The notes beneath the pieces are model-generated. The model ran no database searches and was not told where the DNA came from. It worked only from the letters and a program-made list of their open reading frames with translations. The translations under genes and the position numbers were made by a program. A DNA stretch of 64,000 bases, from assembly GCA_018221105.1 (NCBI GenBank), contig JAAOYA010000008.1:192648-256647 (forward strand). The letters are read 5' to 3'. Shown here in pieces: positions 16,386 to 25,609 of the stretch. Origin of the DNA: Candidatus Woesearchaeota archaeon. GTDB lineage: Archaea; Nanobdellota; Nanobdellia; Woesearchaeales; JAAOYA01. Within the stretch, counting starts at the first letter, position 1, and each line of letters begins with the position of its first letter.

Positions 16386-19280
16386 ATGTTTGATGAAGAA
16401 AAAGTAAAGCAAGAAATCAAAATTCTTGTTGATAAATATAATAGACTTTCAGATACAGGTAAAATTAAAAACTATAATGAAGAAAGAACTAAAGCCGAAT
16501 TCATAGAACCTTTATTTGAAACTCTTGGCTGGGATGTCAGAAATAAACATAGTGATGATGAAGTTACAAGAGAAGAAAAAGTTTCAAAAGGTAGAGTAGA
16601 TTATGCATTTAGAATTGATGGAATCCCTAAATTTTTTCTTGAAGCCAAAAAACCAAAAGAAGATTTAGACAATCAAAAACATGTAAAACAAGCAATAGAC
16701 TACGCATGGCACAAAGGTTGCACATGGGCTATTCTAACAAACTTTGAAAGCATAAAAATATTTAATGCAGAAGTCAAAAACATCAATCCATTACAATCAC
16801 AATTTGGACAAACATTTTTCTTTTATGATTTTCTTAACAACTTCGACCAAATATGGCTTTTGTTATCAAGAGAAAGTTTCAAAGAAGGATTAATAGATAA
16901 AGAAGCAGAAAAATGGGGCAAAAAAGCAAAAAAAGTACCTGTTGACAAACAGCTTTTAAACGACCTCACAAATTTTAGGGAATTGCTCTCTAAAAACATC
17001 TTAAAAAATAACTCAGCAAAAAACCTCAGCGGCGATGATTTAGATGAAACTGTCCAAAGAATTTTGGACAGACTAATTTTTATTAGAACACTTGAAGATA
17101 AACAATTAGAAGCACCTATTCTTCAAGCACTTATTAGAGAAGACCAACACAAAAGAGTGTATGCTAAATTAAATTCTTTTTTTAGAAGAATTGATGAAGA
17201 ATACAATAGTAAAATATTCGCGCCCCATTTATGTGAAGAAGTAGTAATTGACAATGAAATTTTAGAGAAAATAATTAGAGGTTTATTTAAAACATCCGAC
17301 AACACTGTTCATTATAATTTTGGAGCTATTGATGCCGATGTTCTTGGAAATATGTATGAACAATACTTAGGACATATATTAAAGAAAACTGATAAAAGAG
17401 CAAAACTAACTGAAGGCAAAGCTCACAGAAAAGAACAAGGAATTTATTACACGCCAACATACATTGTTGATTACATTGTAAAAAACACAATCGGCGAGTT
17501 AGCAAAAAATAAGAAATTTGATTTAAGCAAAATCAAAGTTTTAGACCCTGCTTGCGGGTCAGGATCATTTTTAATAAAAACAGTTGATTATTTAATAGCA
17601 CTAGAAAAAAATCGAAACGGTAATGTTGACCAAACAAAGCTTGACTTAACAGGTGCTTCTGCAACTTATGGCAAAAAAATTGAAATATTAAAAAACAATA
17701 TTTTTGGCGTTGACCTAGACCCCAAAGCTGTTGAGATAGCACAATTAAATCTTCTTCTCAAAGCAGCTGAGAAAAAACACAGATTACCAACTTTGCAAGA
17801 AAACATTAAAATCGGTAATAGTTTAATTGATGACGAAGAAATCGTAGGAAACAAAGCTTTCAAATGGGAAGAACAATTCAAAGAAATAATAGAAGAGGGA
17901 GGCTTTGATGTAGTAATAGGAAATCCCCCATACATAAGAATACAAACATTGGACAAAAATCAAGTAGAATATTTTAACAGAAAATATGAATCACCCACAA
18001 AAAATTATGATATATACCTTCTTTTTATTGAGAAAGGATTCAAACTCTTAAAAGAAAACGGGATCTTAGGATTGATTCTGCCTCATAAGTTCTTTCAAGG
18101 CGAGAGTGGTGAAAAGATAAGGAAGTTTATTTCCGAAAGAAAAGCACTTCATCGAATTGTTGATTTTGGTACAAATCAAATTTTTGAGGATGCTGCTACA
18201 TACACATGTCTTTTATTCTTACAAAAAAAGAATAATCGAGAGTTTTATTACAAAGGTTTTAAATTAGGTGATAACTTCAAAAATTTGATAAAAGCAAAAT
18301 ATGAAAAGAAGAGTATCAATATTCTGAAAGATGAAAAGTGGAATTTTAGCAGTCAGAATATCCAAAAAATTCTGAAAAAAATAAAATCATATGAACAAAA
18401 CTTTAGAGACATTACAAAGAAAATTTTTAAGGGATCATCCACAGGTAATGATGATATATTTCTTCTTGATTTAATTAAAAAAAGTAACAATAAATCACTT
18501 GTTTTCTCTAATGCTCTCAATAAAGAAATAGAACTAGAAAATGATGTTCTCCATCCATTTGTCTACGGAAAAGATATACGAAGATATGGTTTAATTAAAA
18601 ACAATAAATTATTATTGTTTCCTTATCTTCAAAATAAAGACAAAACTGAACTAATTCCTCTCTTAGAACTACAAAAATATTATCCTAAAACATTCATGTA
18701 TCTAAACTCATTAAAGGATGAACTACTTAAAAGAAAACTTGAGATAGATAATAAAAATTTTTATAAATATTCTGCTGCAAGAAGTTTATCTGAATACAAT
18801 CAGCCAAAAATAATGATACCTGATATGTTAGTTAGCAATAGGATAAGCATCGATGAGAAAGGAATATTCTACCATGGACCAGCAATCCACAGTATAGTAT
18901 TTAACGATAAAGTTAAGAATCATAGCCAGCATTTCTATTTAGGAATATTAAATTCTTCGCTTTTCTGGTTCTTCATTTCAAATACTAGCACAGCACTAAG
19001 AGGCGATACGTATAGACTTACTCCTGAATTTTTGTCACCATTTTGTTTTCCTAAAATAGATAAAAAAAATGAGGGAATTTATTATAACATTAGCGATTTC
19101 GTTAAACAAATGTTGAAATTTACAAATAACTTATCAGAAATAGATAATAAACAAACGGATGAAAAAGCTCGTCTGGAAAAACAAATCCAAAAAATTGATG
19201 ATGATATTGACCAATCGGTTTACAAGCTTTATGGTATAACAAAAGAAGAACAAGAGATTATTGAAGAGAGTCTAAAATGA
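16386..19280 (+). CDS. type IIG (MmeI/Eco57I-like) restriction-modification enzyme: N-terminal PD-(D/E)xK nuclease + gamma-class N6-adenine MTase + TRD
   Basis: N-terminal HsdR_N-like nuclease motifs (ERTKAEFIEPLFETLGW, GRVDYAF, FFLEAKKP giving D...ExK). MTase motifs YYTPTYIVDYIV, VLDPACGSGSFL (motif I), GNPPYI (motif IV). C-terminal LYGITKEEQEIIEESLK helix typical of TaqI/Eco57I-type C-terminal domains. 964 aa in a single polypeptide. Confidence 0.7.
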   Translation: MFDEEKVKQEIKILVDKYNRLSDTGKIKNYNEERTKAEFIEPLFETLGWDVRNKHSDDEVTREEKVSKGRVDYAFRIDGIPKFFLEAKKPKEDLDNQKHVKQAIDYAWHKGCTWAILTNFESIKIFNAEVKNINPLQSQFGQTFFFYDFLNNFDQIWLLLSRESFKEGLIDKEAEKWGKKAKKVPVDKQLLNDLTNFRELLSKNILKNNSAKNLSGDDLDETVQRILDRLIFIRTLEDKQLEAPILQALIREDQHKRVYAKLNSFFRRIDEEYNSKIFAPHLCEEVVIDNEILEKIIRGLFKTSDNTVHYNFGAIDADVLGNMYEQYLGHILKKTDKRAKLTEGKAHRKEQGIYYTPTYIVDYIVKNTIGELAKNKKFDLSKIKVLDPACGSGSFLIKTVDYLIALEKNRNGNVDQTKLDLTGASATYGKKIEILKNNIFGVDLDPKAVEIAQLNLLLKAAEKKHRLPTLQENIKIGNSLIDDEEIVGNKAFKWEEQFKEIIEEGGFDVVIGNPPYIRIQTLDKNQVEYFNRKYESPTKNYDIYLLFIEKGFKLLKENGILGLILPHKFFQGESGEKIRKFISERKALHRIVDFGTNQIFEDAATYTCLLFLQKKNNREFYYKGFKLGDNFKNLIKAKYEKKSINILKDEKWNFSSQNIQKILKKIKSYEQNFRDITKKIFKGSSTGNDDIFLLDLIKKSNNKSLVFSNALNKEIELENDVLHPFVYGKDIRRYGLIKNNKLLLFPYLQNKDKTELIPLLELQKYYPKTFMYLNSLKDELLKRKLEIDNKNFYKYSAARSLSEYNQPKIMIPDMLVSNRISIDEKGIFYHGPAIHSIVFNDKVKNHSQHFYLGILNSSLFWFFISNTSTALRGDTYRLTPEFLSPFCFPKIDKKNEGIYYNISDFVKQMLKFTNNLSEIDNKQTDEKARLEKQIQKIDDDIDQSVYKLYGITKEEQEIIEESLK

Positions 19281-20662
19281 CGAATACTATAACTGCTTCT
19301 CATTTTTATGATTATGTTCAATGTCCTTACAGAGTTTACCTGGATATTTTCGCAGACGAAAAAGAAAAGGTTGAGATTTCTGAGTTCATGCTCAAAAAAA
19401 TGGAAGATGGCGTATTTCACGAAAAAGATGTTATTAAAGATGAAGACTTCTTAGAAATAGAAGCATTAACTCTTGAGGAAGGCTTTAAAGAAACAGTTAA
19501 AGCTATGAAGAATGGTGACGAGCTTATTTATCAGGGTGTTTTATTGAATGATGACTTTATTGGAAAACCTGACTTACTAATAAAAAAAGAAGGAAAATCA
19601 AAATTTGGAAACTATTTTTATGTACCTGCTGATATTAAATCAGGAAAGAGACTTAAGGATGAGTATATCATGCAAGTAATGTTTTATTGCGAGTTATTAA
19701 ATTTTATACAAGATAACTTTCCAAAAAAAGGAATTGTAATTAACATTGAAAAAGAAGAACTTGAGTTTAACACAGTTGAATATAAAGAACAGTATGAGCA
19801 GATGTTAACCGCTATTAAACAAATAGTTAATGGAAAAAAAGAAGAGCCAGTTTATTGTTCAGATTGTAATGAGTGTGTCTGGCAAGAACTTTGTTTTAAA
19901 GAACTAGAACAAAAACAAGATGTTTCATTATTGTATAGGCTTGGACGTTCTGTTAAAAATAAACTCATTCCTTTAGGCATTAATAATCTAACAGATTTAA
20001 GAAAATCTGATACTGCTAAATTATTAGAAGTTAAAGGAATAGGCGAGAAATCAGTTAAGAAATGGAAATTAATGGCTGAAGCAATACAAGAAAAGAAAAT
20101 GTTTGTTATCGAAAAACCATCTCTTCAAAATAAAAAAGTTGAAATATTTTTTGACATAGAAGGTGAGCCTGAATTAGATATTGATTATTTGTATGGTTGT
20201 TTGATTAGAATTGATGGTAAAGAAGAATTCAAATATTTCTGGGCTGAAAAACCCTCTGATGAGGGTAAAATGTGGAAGTTGTTCTGTGAATTCATTGATT
20301 CTTGTAATGATGATCTTGCTATTTATCATTATGCTTCGTATGAAAAAACCGCATTAAAAAAGATGAAAGAACGATACGGATGCACAGAAAAAACATTCGA
20401 CAAAATAATCAATAACCTGGTAGATTTATTTCCAGTGGTAACCAATTCTGTCGTCTTACCCGTATATTCTTATTCGTTAAAACCCATTGCTAAATGGTTA
20501 GACTTTAAGTGGAAAGATTCAAAAGCAGGAGGCGCGCAATCTATGTTCTGGTACTCTCGCTATTTAGACGGCGAAACTGATTTTAAACAAACAATAATCG
20601 ATTACAATAAAGACGATGTTATTGCCACAAGAATCCTAAAAGATTGGTTAATAAATTTATAA
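19277..20662 (+). CDS. TM0106-family RecB-like nuclease (Cas4-like Fe-S nuclease domain + C-terminal RNase-H-like domain)
   Basis: N-terminal Cys (YDYVQCPYRVYL), PD-(D/E)xK-like GKPDLLI...YVPADIKSGK, C-terminal Cys triad CSDCNECVWQELC (Cas4/DUF83 cysteine arrangement). Then IFFDIEGEP...YHYASYEK...DDVIAT as in RNase_H_2 (DnaQ-like fold) domains of the TM0106 family. ATGA overlap with the RM gene. Confidence 0.6.
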   Translation: MTNTITASHFYDYVQCPYRVYLDIFADEKEKVEISEFMLKKMEDGVFHEKDVIKDEDFLEIEALTLEEGFKETVKAMKNGDELIYQGVLLNDDFIGKPDLLIKKEGKSKFGNYFYVPADIKSGKRLKDEYIMQVMFYCELLNFIQDNFPKKGIVINIEKEELEFNTVEYKEQYEQMLTAIKQIVNGKKEEPVYCSDCNECVWQELCFKELEQKQDVSLLYRLGRSVKNKLIPLGINNLTDLRKSDTAKLLEVKGIGEKSVKKWKLMAEAIQEKKMFVIEKPSLQNKKVEIFFDIEGEPELDIDYLYGCLIRIDGKEEFKYFWAEKPSDEGKMWKLFCEFIDSCNDDLAIYHYASYEKTALKKMKERYGCTEKTFDKIINNLVDLFPVVTNSVVLPVYSYSLKPIAKWLDFKWKDSKAGGAQSMFWYSRYLDGETDFKQTIIDYNKDDVIATRILKDWLINL

Positions 20663-20697
20663 TTTCTCACTGGTCACTGGACATTCACGACTAAAGT

Positions 20698-20707
20698 TTA
20701 TATATCA
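20698..20707 (+). promoter_or_regulatory. candidate TATA box for a leaderless PRTase/DprA-like transcript
   Basis: tttatatatc centred about 25 nt upstream of ATG 20727. Spacing fits an archaeal leaderless mRNA. Confidence 0.3.
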
Positions 20708-20726
20708 ATAATGCTTTATAAGTCCG

Positions 20727-21401
20727 ATGTCAGAGTATATAGTTCGTTATGCTGCTTCAAAAAAATTGTATCCTAAAGAGATATTGATATTTGCTTTAGA
20801 CTATTACAAATCATTAGAGTCAGGAGAAGATGATTTTTCAAGGAAGCTAATATATTTTTATAAGTATGGTAATAATCTTGATTATTTCTTAGAGAATCTT
20901 CTTCAATTATTTACGCTAAGATTCAAAGACGACGCAATTAAATTTGATTTAGTAACAATATATCCCACTCATAAAAAAGATTCATTAAACCTTAATATGA
21001 TTTCATTGATAGAATCATTTAGCAAAAACTCAGGTTTACAATACAATCAAATTATTAGAAGAATAAAAACAATAAAATCAAACCATGAATGTAAGTCATT
21101 TGAGGAAAGAAAAGAGAATGTTAAAGACTCTATCGAAATAACTGGAGATGTCAAAGGGAAAAATATTATTCTAGTCGATAATACTTCCACCACAGGAATA
21201 TCTTTAATTGATGCCACAAATCTATTATATGAAAAAGGAGTAAATATGGTTGTTTGTGTCTGTCTTGGCTTAAGTGAAAAAGAAAAGGAAAAAGATTGGA
21301 AAGATATTAACAAAACTTTAAAATACTCAAAAATCCTAACATTTTGTAAAAGCCCGTTTATTTCGGAAGAAGAGCGTAAAAAATGGAAGATGAAAAAATA
21401 A
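20727..21401 (+). CDS. phosphoribosyltransferase-domain protein (ShosT-like / ComFC-like)
   Basis: C-terminal type I PRTase PRPP-binding motif NIILVDNTSTTGISLIDATNLL. 224 aa. Overlaps the downstream DprA-like gene by 19 nt. Confidence 0.5.
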   Translation: MSEYIVRYAASKKLYPKEILIFALDYYKSLESGEDDFSRKLIYFYKYGNNLDYFLENLLQLFTLRFKDDAIKFDLVTIYPTHKKDSLNLNMISLIESFSKNSGLQYNQIIRRIKTIKSNHECKSFEERKENVKDSIEITGDVKGKNIILVDNTSTTGISLIDATNLLYEKGVNMVVCVCLGLSEKEKEKDWKDINKTLKYSKILTFCKSPFISEEERKKWKMKK

Positions 21402-22258
21402 TAAAACTAATCTCGCTAAAGGAAGTTAAAGGGTATGGTAATAAAAAAGTTCTTGAAATAGTTTCAAACTATAAAAATTTGGATACTGTATTTCTTTCTC
21501 TTTTAAACAAGGGCGTTATTAGAAAAGAACATGTAGAAAAAGCCAAAGAAATTATGAAGCAGTGTAAAAATTCAGAAATAGAGATAATAACTTATTTTGA
21601 TAAAAAATATCCTCAAAAACTAAAACAAATGAATATTCCTCCAATATTATTGTTTGCTAAAGGAGATACAAGTTTATTAAACAAAATTTCAATTTCGATT
21701 GTTGGTACAAGAAAGTCATCTCAAAAAAGCATTGAGTGGGCATATAATATGTCCAAAAAATTATCAGAGGAAGGATATATTGTTGTTAGTGGTGGAGCTA
21801 TAGGAATAGACATCTCAGCGCATAAGGGTATACTTAATTCAAAAGGAAAAACGATTTGTGTTTTAGGCTCTGGAATAAATAATATTTATCCAAAAGAAAA
21901 TGAAAAAACAATTAATATAATAATGAAAGAAGGTCTTGTTATTTCTGAGTGCCCGCCTAAAAATAATCCTAATGAGTTCTCTCTTCTTGAAAGAAATAGG
22001 ATTACATCAGGTCTTGGAGATAATATTATAATAGTTTCTATGGACACTAAAGGAGGAACTATTTCCCAATACAAAACCGCGAGAATTCAAAAAAAGAAGA
22101 TATTTTGTCCGCATCCTTCTCTTAACTTAGAGCCAAATGAAGGCATAAAAAAAATACTAGCAACGGATAATAATATAAAACTAATTAAAGACATTCACGA
22201 AATAAAAAATTATTTATTATCTAGAAATAATCAGAAGATTCTTGAAAATTTTGTATGA
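21383..22258 (+). CDS. DprA/Smf-like (SLOG Rossmann) protein (ShosA-like)
   Basis: ISIVGTRKSSQKSIEWAYNMSKKLSEEGYIVVSGGAIGIDISAHKG matches the DprA Rossmann core (GsR...G...vSGgA.GiD..ah). 291 aa. Confidence 0.65.
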   Translation: MEDEKIIKLISLKEVKGYGNKKVLEIVSNYKNLDTVFLSLLNKGVIRKEHVEKAKEIMKQCKNSEIEIITYFDKKYPQKLKQMNIPPILLFAKGDTSLLNKISISIVGTRKSSQKSIEWAYNMSKKLSEEGYIVVSGGAIGIDISAHKGILNSKGKTICVLGSGINNIYPKENEKTINIIMKEGLVISECPPKNNPNEFSLLERNRITSGLGDNIIIVSMDTKGGTISQYKTARIQKKKIFCPHPSLNLEPNEGIKKILATDNNIKLIKDIHEIKNYLLSRNNQKILENFV

Positions 22259-22542
22259 ATTAAAATTTGAAGCAAATAATCTTTATACAACCATTACAAA
22301 TGATCTATATTAAGTTTGGAACTCAAAAAGAGTCTAATAATGAAACAACAAAGATTTTTAAAAGGGTTTGTGCTCCACCAATAACTGTTTAGCTTATTGC
22401 TCTAAACAACAAAAATAATAGTAGCACAAAAATTAGTGTTGCTTCTGTCATTAAAGAATAAATTTTCTTTTTTTTACTGTTGTCATTGCCACTCCAGCGC
22501 TTGTCATAATTGATCATTGGCCAGGGTAATTAGAAGTTGTTT

Positions 22543-23529
22543 TTATACTTTTTGTTTTGTTATGCGAACGCCTTTTTTCATAGCAGTACTAATATTTTTT
22601 GTTGTTAACAGTCCGTTTTTTGCTCCTTTTTGTGTTATTGCAGCTTCAGCATTTGACAGTCCTTTATTTAGTGCTATTGACAAATCGCCGGTTTTAATCA
22701 ATCCTGATAAAAATCCTGCTCCAAAAGCATCTCCTGCACCTGTAGTCTCAACTATTTTTAAGTGTTGGCGAGGCCAAATAGTGTGAATTGATCTGCCATT
22801 AAATGCGTAAGCTGGTTTTGCAGCGTCAGTTATTACTACTATGTCAGCTCCAAGACCATGCAATACTATTAATTGTTCTTTTACATTATTTTTTTTGCTT
22901 ATAAGATGTGCTTCTTGTCTATTAAGGACTAAAAGATTAGTGCGTGAAAGTATTGGTTTTAAGTATGCTTTGCCTTTTGCCGCTAAATAGTTTGAAGGAT
23001 TGAAAGCAATGTTGATACCATTATTTTCTGCGTGTTTTGCTAGTTGACAAATTGTTTTATAGGTTTGTCCAATACTACTAGTAAAATAATACCAGTAAGC
23101 GTCAAGGTTTTTAATGTTAAGTTCTGTTAGTTTCAATTCTTTTGATGCCCCTTTGTAAAGTAATATTGTTCTATCGCGCATAATACTATCAAGAACTACT
23201 GCATAATCTGTCGCTGTTTTGCCTTGAGTGCCTAAAAACTTTATTTTTTCAGTTTTTAACTCGTACAATATTTTTTGTGCTTTCAAATCATTGCCAAGTT
23301 TTCCAGCGTATCCGACCTTGTGGCCAAGTCTTGAAAGTGCTACTGCAATATTGTTTGCGCTACCACCAGTATGTTCTGCTTGCTGTTCAATTAAAATTTT
23401 TGCTCCAAGAGGATAATGTAAGTAACATTTGCCATTGTGAGAATGATCTTTTTGACAAAAATTTTTTTGGTTTTCAGTGCTAATAAAAGTATCAACTGTC
23501 GCGCTGCCAAAAGTAATAATTTCAAACAT
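22543..23529 (-). CDS. PfkB-family carbohydrate/nucleoside kinase
   Basis: PfkB signature 2 VETTGAGDAFGAGFL near the C-terminus. N-terminal GG-type motif (FGSATVDTFI). 328 aa. Confidence 0.75.
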   Translation of the reverse strand: MFEIITFGSATVDTFISTENQKNFCQKDHSHNGKCYLHYPLGAKILIEQQAEHTGGSANNIAVALSRLGHKVGYAGKLGNDLKAQKILYELKTEKIKFLGTQGKTATDYAVVLDSIMRDRTILLYKGASKELKLTELNIKNLDAYWYYFTSSIGQTYKTICQLAKHAENNGINIAFNPSNYLAAKGKAYLKPILSRTNLLVLNRQEAHLISKKNNVKEQLIVLHGLGADIVVITDAAKPAYAFNGRSIHTIWPRQHLKIVETTGAGDAFGAGFLSGLIKTGDLSIALNKGLSNAEAAITQKGAKNGLLTTKNISTAMKKGVRITKQKV

Positions 23530-23561
23530 AATAGTTTAAGAGAGAAGTTGGTATTTAAACT

Positions 23562-24569
23562 TTATCCAATACTATCTAATATATTGTGTGCGTTAGTGGA
23601 GCGCTCTAATTGTTCTATAATACTTTTTTGTTCTTTTGCCTTTGCTAAAATGCTTGTTTTGTATAATTCTTTTTGTCTGTTTGTAACACGTGCTAGTTTA
23701 TCGACAAATACTAAGCCATAAGGATAACCTAGAAATGCTGGGTCGCTTGAATTAATTGCCAGAGTGTTTGCAATACTTTCAATATTTTGGCTGAAAGTTT
23801 CAATTTTGAAGATGTAATTGCTTTTTTTGTGCAATCGCGAAAAAAAGATTATTGGATTTTCTTCGATTTTAGCATTTATTTTTGCTGTTGGGTGATAATA
23901 CCACGCGCTAGGCTCTTGTGATAGTATAAAAGAAGCGCTTCGGCCACTGTCAGTAAACAATGTGTTAGTTTTGCAAAAGCCCACAAGTTGAGTATTTTGC
24001 TCTTTGGCTTTTTGATGTAATTTTACAATTTTTTCTTTCTCGCCATTAAATGTTGGTTTTAGTGAGCCGTCAAGCACTAATAGTCCTCCGTTGACTTTTT
24101 CAATATTTCTTGTTGCATAATCGATTTCTGCAAATCGTCGCAGCATGTCAGCCACTGTATTAATGCTTGCTTGCTCCTGACCTTTTTTTATTGTAGAATC
24201 GTAAGAGTCAATACTAAAGGGTTGAAAACTATCATCAAATGATTGTGCGACAAATCTGGTTTTTCCATCTTCGATTTTTGTTGTTATCAAAGCAAAAAAT
24301 TCCTTTTTTTCGAAAAAAACTCTTTTATCTCCAAGGTATCCCACAATACAAAGTCTTATTAGTTGAGCGCAAAAATTTGATCCTTCAATAATTGACGCGT
24401 TTCCTCCGTCGACAAAAAAAGTTTTTGTATTGCTGTTTTGGTTTTTTATTGGTTGAAAATATTTTTTATTAAATGGTACTGGAATATAATCTGGATTATT
24501 AAAAAGTATTTTTTGACCCTCAATACCAACTTGTTGTTTTGTTAACTCGGCCACTATTTTTTCAAACAT
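23562..24569 (-). CDS. hypothetical protein, possibly NurA-like nuclease fold
   Basis: Two DG(G/S) motifs (FFVDGGNASI and LLVLDGSL) spaced as in NurA 5'-3' nuclease domains. No HerA partner in the window. Weak assignment. Confidence 0.3.
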   Translation of the reverse strand: MFEKIVAELTKQQVGIEGQKILFNNPDYIPVPFNKKYFQPIKNQNSNTKTFFVDGGNASIIEGSNFCAQLIRLCIVGYLGDKRVFFEKKEFFALITTKIEDGKTRFVAQSFDDSFQPFSIDSYDSTIKKGQEQASINTVADMLRRFAEIDYATRNIEKVNGGLLVLDGSLKPTFNGEKEKIVKLHQKAKEQNTQLVGFCKTNTLFTDSGRSASFILSQEPSAWYYHPTAKINAKIEENPIIFFSRLHKKSNYIFKIETFSQNIESIANTLAINSSDPAFLGYPYGLVFVDKLARVTNRQKELYKTSILAKAKEQKSIIEQLERSTNAHNILDSIG

Positions 24570-24603
24570 GACACTAGAATTTTATTGTTATTTATGAATT
24601 TTT

Positions 24604-25530
24604 TCAAAAGTATAAAAGCACTAGAAAAAACGCGTAAATTGCTAAAAACATTATTCCGTGCCATCTTTTTATTTGACGCATAAAAAATACTGTCATAAAT
24701 AAAAGTGTTGACAATAATAAAAAGGGTATTCCAATAGTAATCATTACGGGCTCCACTGTTAATGGTTTGAAAAGTCCTGCAACGCCAACAACCAATAAAG
24801 TGTTAAAAATATTCGATCCAACAATATTGCCAACAGCTAAAGCTTGATTTTTTTGCAGTATAGCATTAATTGTTACTGTAAGCTCTGGAAGACTAGTGCC
24901 TATTGCAATTGAGCTTACCGCCACTATTGCTTGGCTGATGCCTAAAGCTGTTGAAATGCTAGTGATAGCTTTTACCACTAGTTCTGCGCTAAAATATAAT
25001 ACTAGTATGCTAAGGCCAAGAGTCAAAAAATATTTTGCTTTTAGTGGTTTTAGTTCTTTGTCTTTTTCTATTTCGCGAACTTTTCTTTGATCATAATACA
25101 AATAAACAATCAATAATGATAAACTAATAATAACTTCTAATAATGAAATTTTTGTATCCAACATGAAAACACTCAATAAAAGTGCTGAACTTGCAAAGAA
25201 AAAAATATCAATAGAATAATTTTTTGATTGTACAGTCAAAGTTTTTGCAACTATTGCACTAATACCAAGTATCAATAAAATATTTGCAATGTTAGAACCG
25301 ATAACAGTTCCTACTACAATGCTTGTTTGATTTCGAAGTGTTGAAACAAGACCAACTATTAATTCTGGAGTGCTAGTGCCAAGAGCCACTATTGTAAGAC
25401 CTATAATGAATTGTGGCATTCTAAGAGCTTTGCCTATTTGCTTGCTTGAATCAGTAAATATCACACTACTTTTTATCAAAAAGAAAAGTCCGACAATCAA
25501 AAGAGCCAAATATAACAGTAATTCTGCCAT
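24604..25530 (-). CDS. Ca2+/cation antiporter (CaCA / YrbG family)
   Basis: Two alpha-repeats with GTSTPEL and GTSLPEL signature motifs. About 10 TM segments. 308 aa. Confidence 0.75.
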   Translation of the reverse strand: MAELLLYLALLIVGLFFLIKSSVIFTDSSKQIGKALRMPQFIIGLTIVALGTSTPELIVGLVSTLRNQTSIVVGTVIGSNIANILLILGISAIVAKTLTVQSKNYSIDIFFFASSALLLSVFMLDTKISLLEVIISLSLLIVYLYYDQRKVREIEKDKELKPLKAKYFLTLGLSILVLYFSAELVVKAITSISTALGISQAIVAVSSIAIGTSLPELTVTINAILQKNQALAVGNIVGSNIFNTLLVVGVAGLFKPLTVEPVMITIGIPFLLLSTLLFMTVFFMRQIKRWHGIMFLAIYAFFLVLLYF

Positions 25531-25609
25531 ATTACACGTTTAGGCTCATGGATATTTAAGTTTATGCCCTTGACAAAGTTTTTTAAATAATGGCTTACCT
25601 CTTGCTATT

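Noticed and set aside
17123-17956. Three minus-strand ORFs inside the RM gene
   Set aside because: Antisense to a gene with clear MTase motifs in the plus frame.
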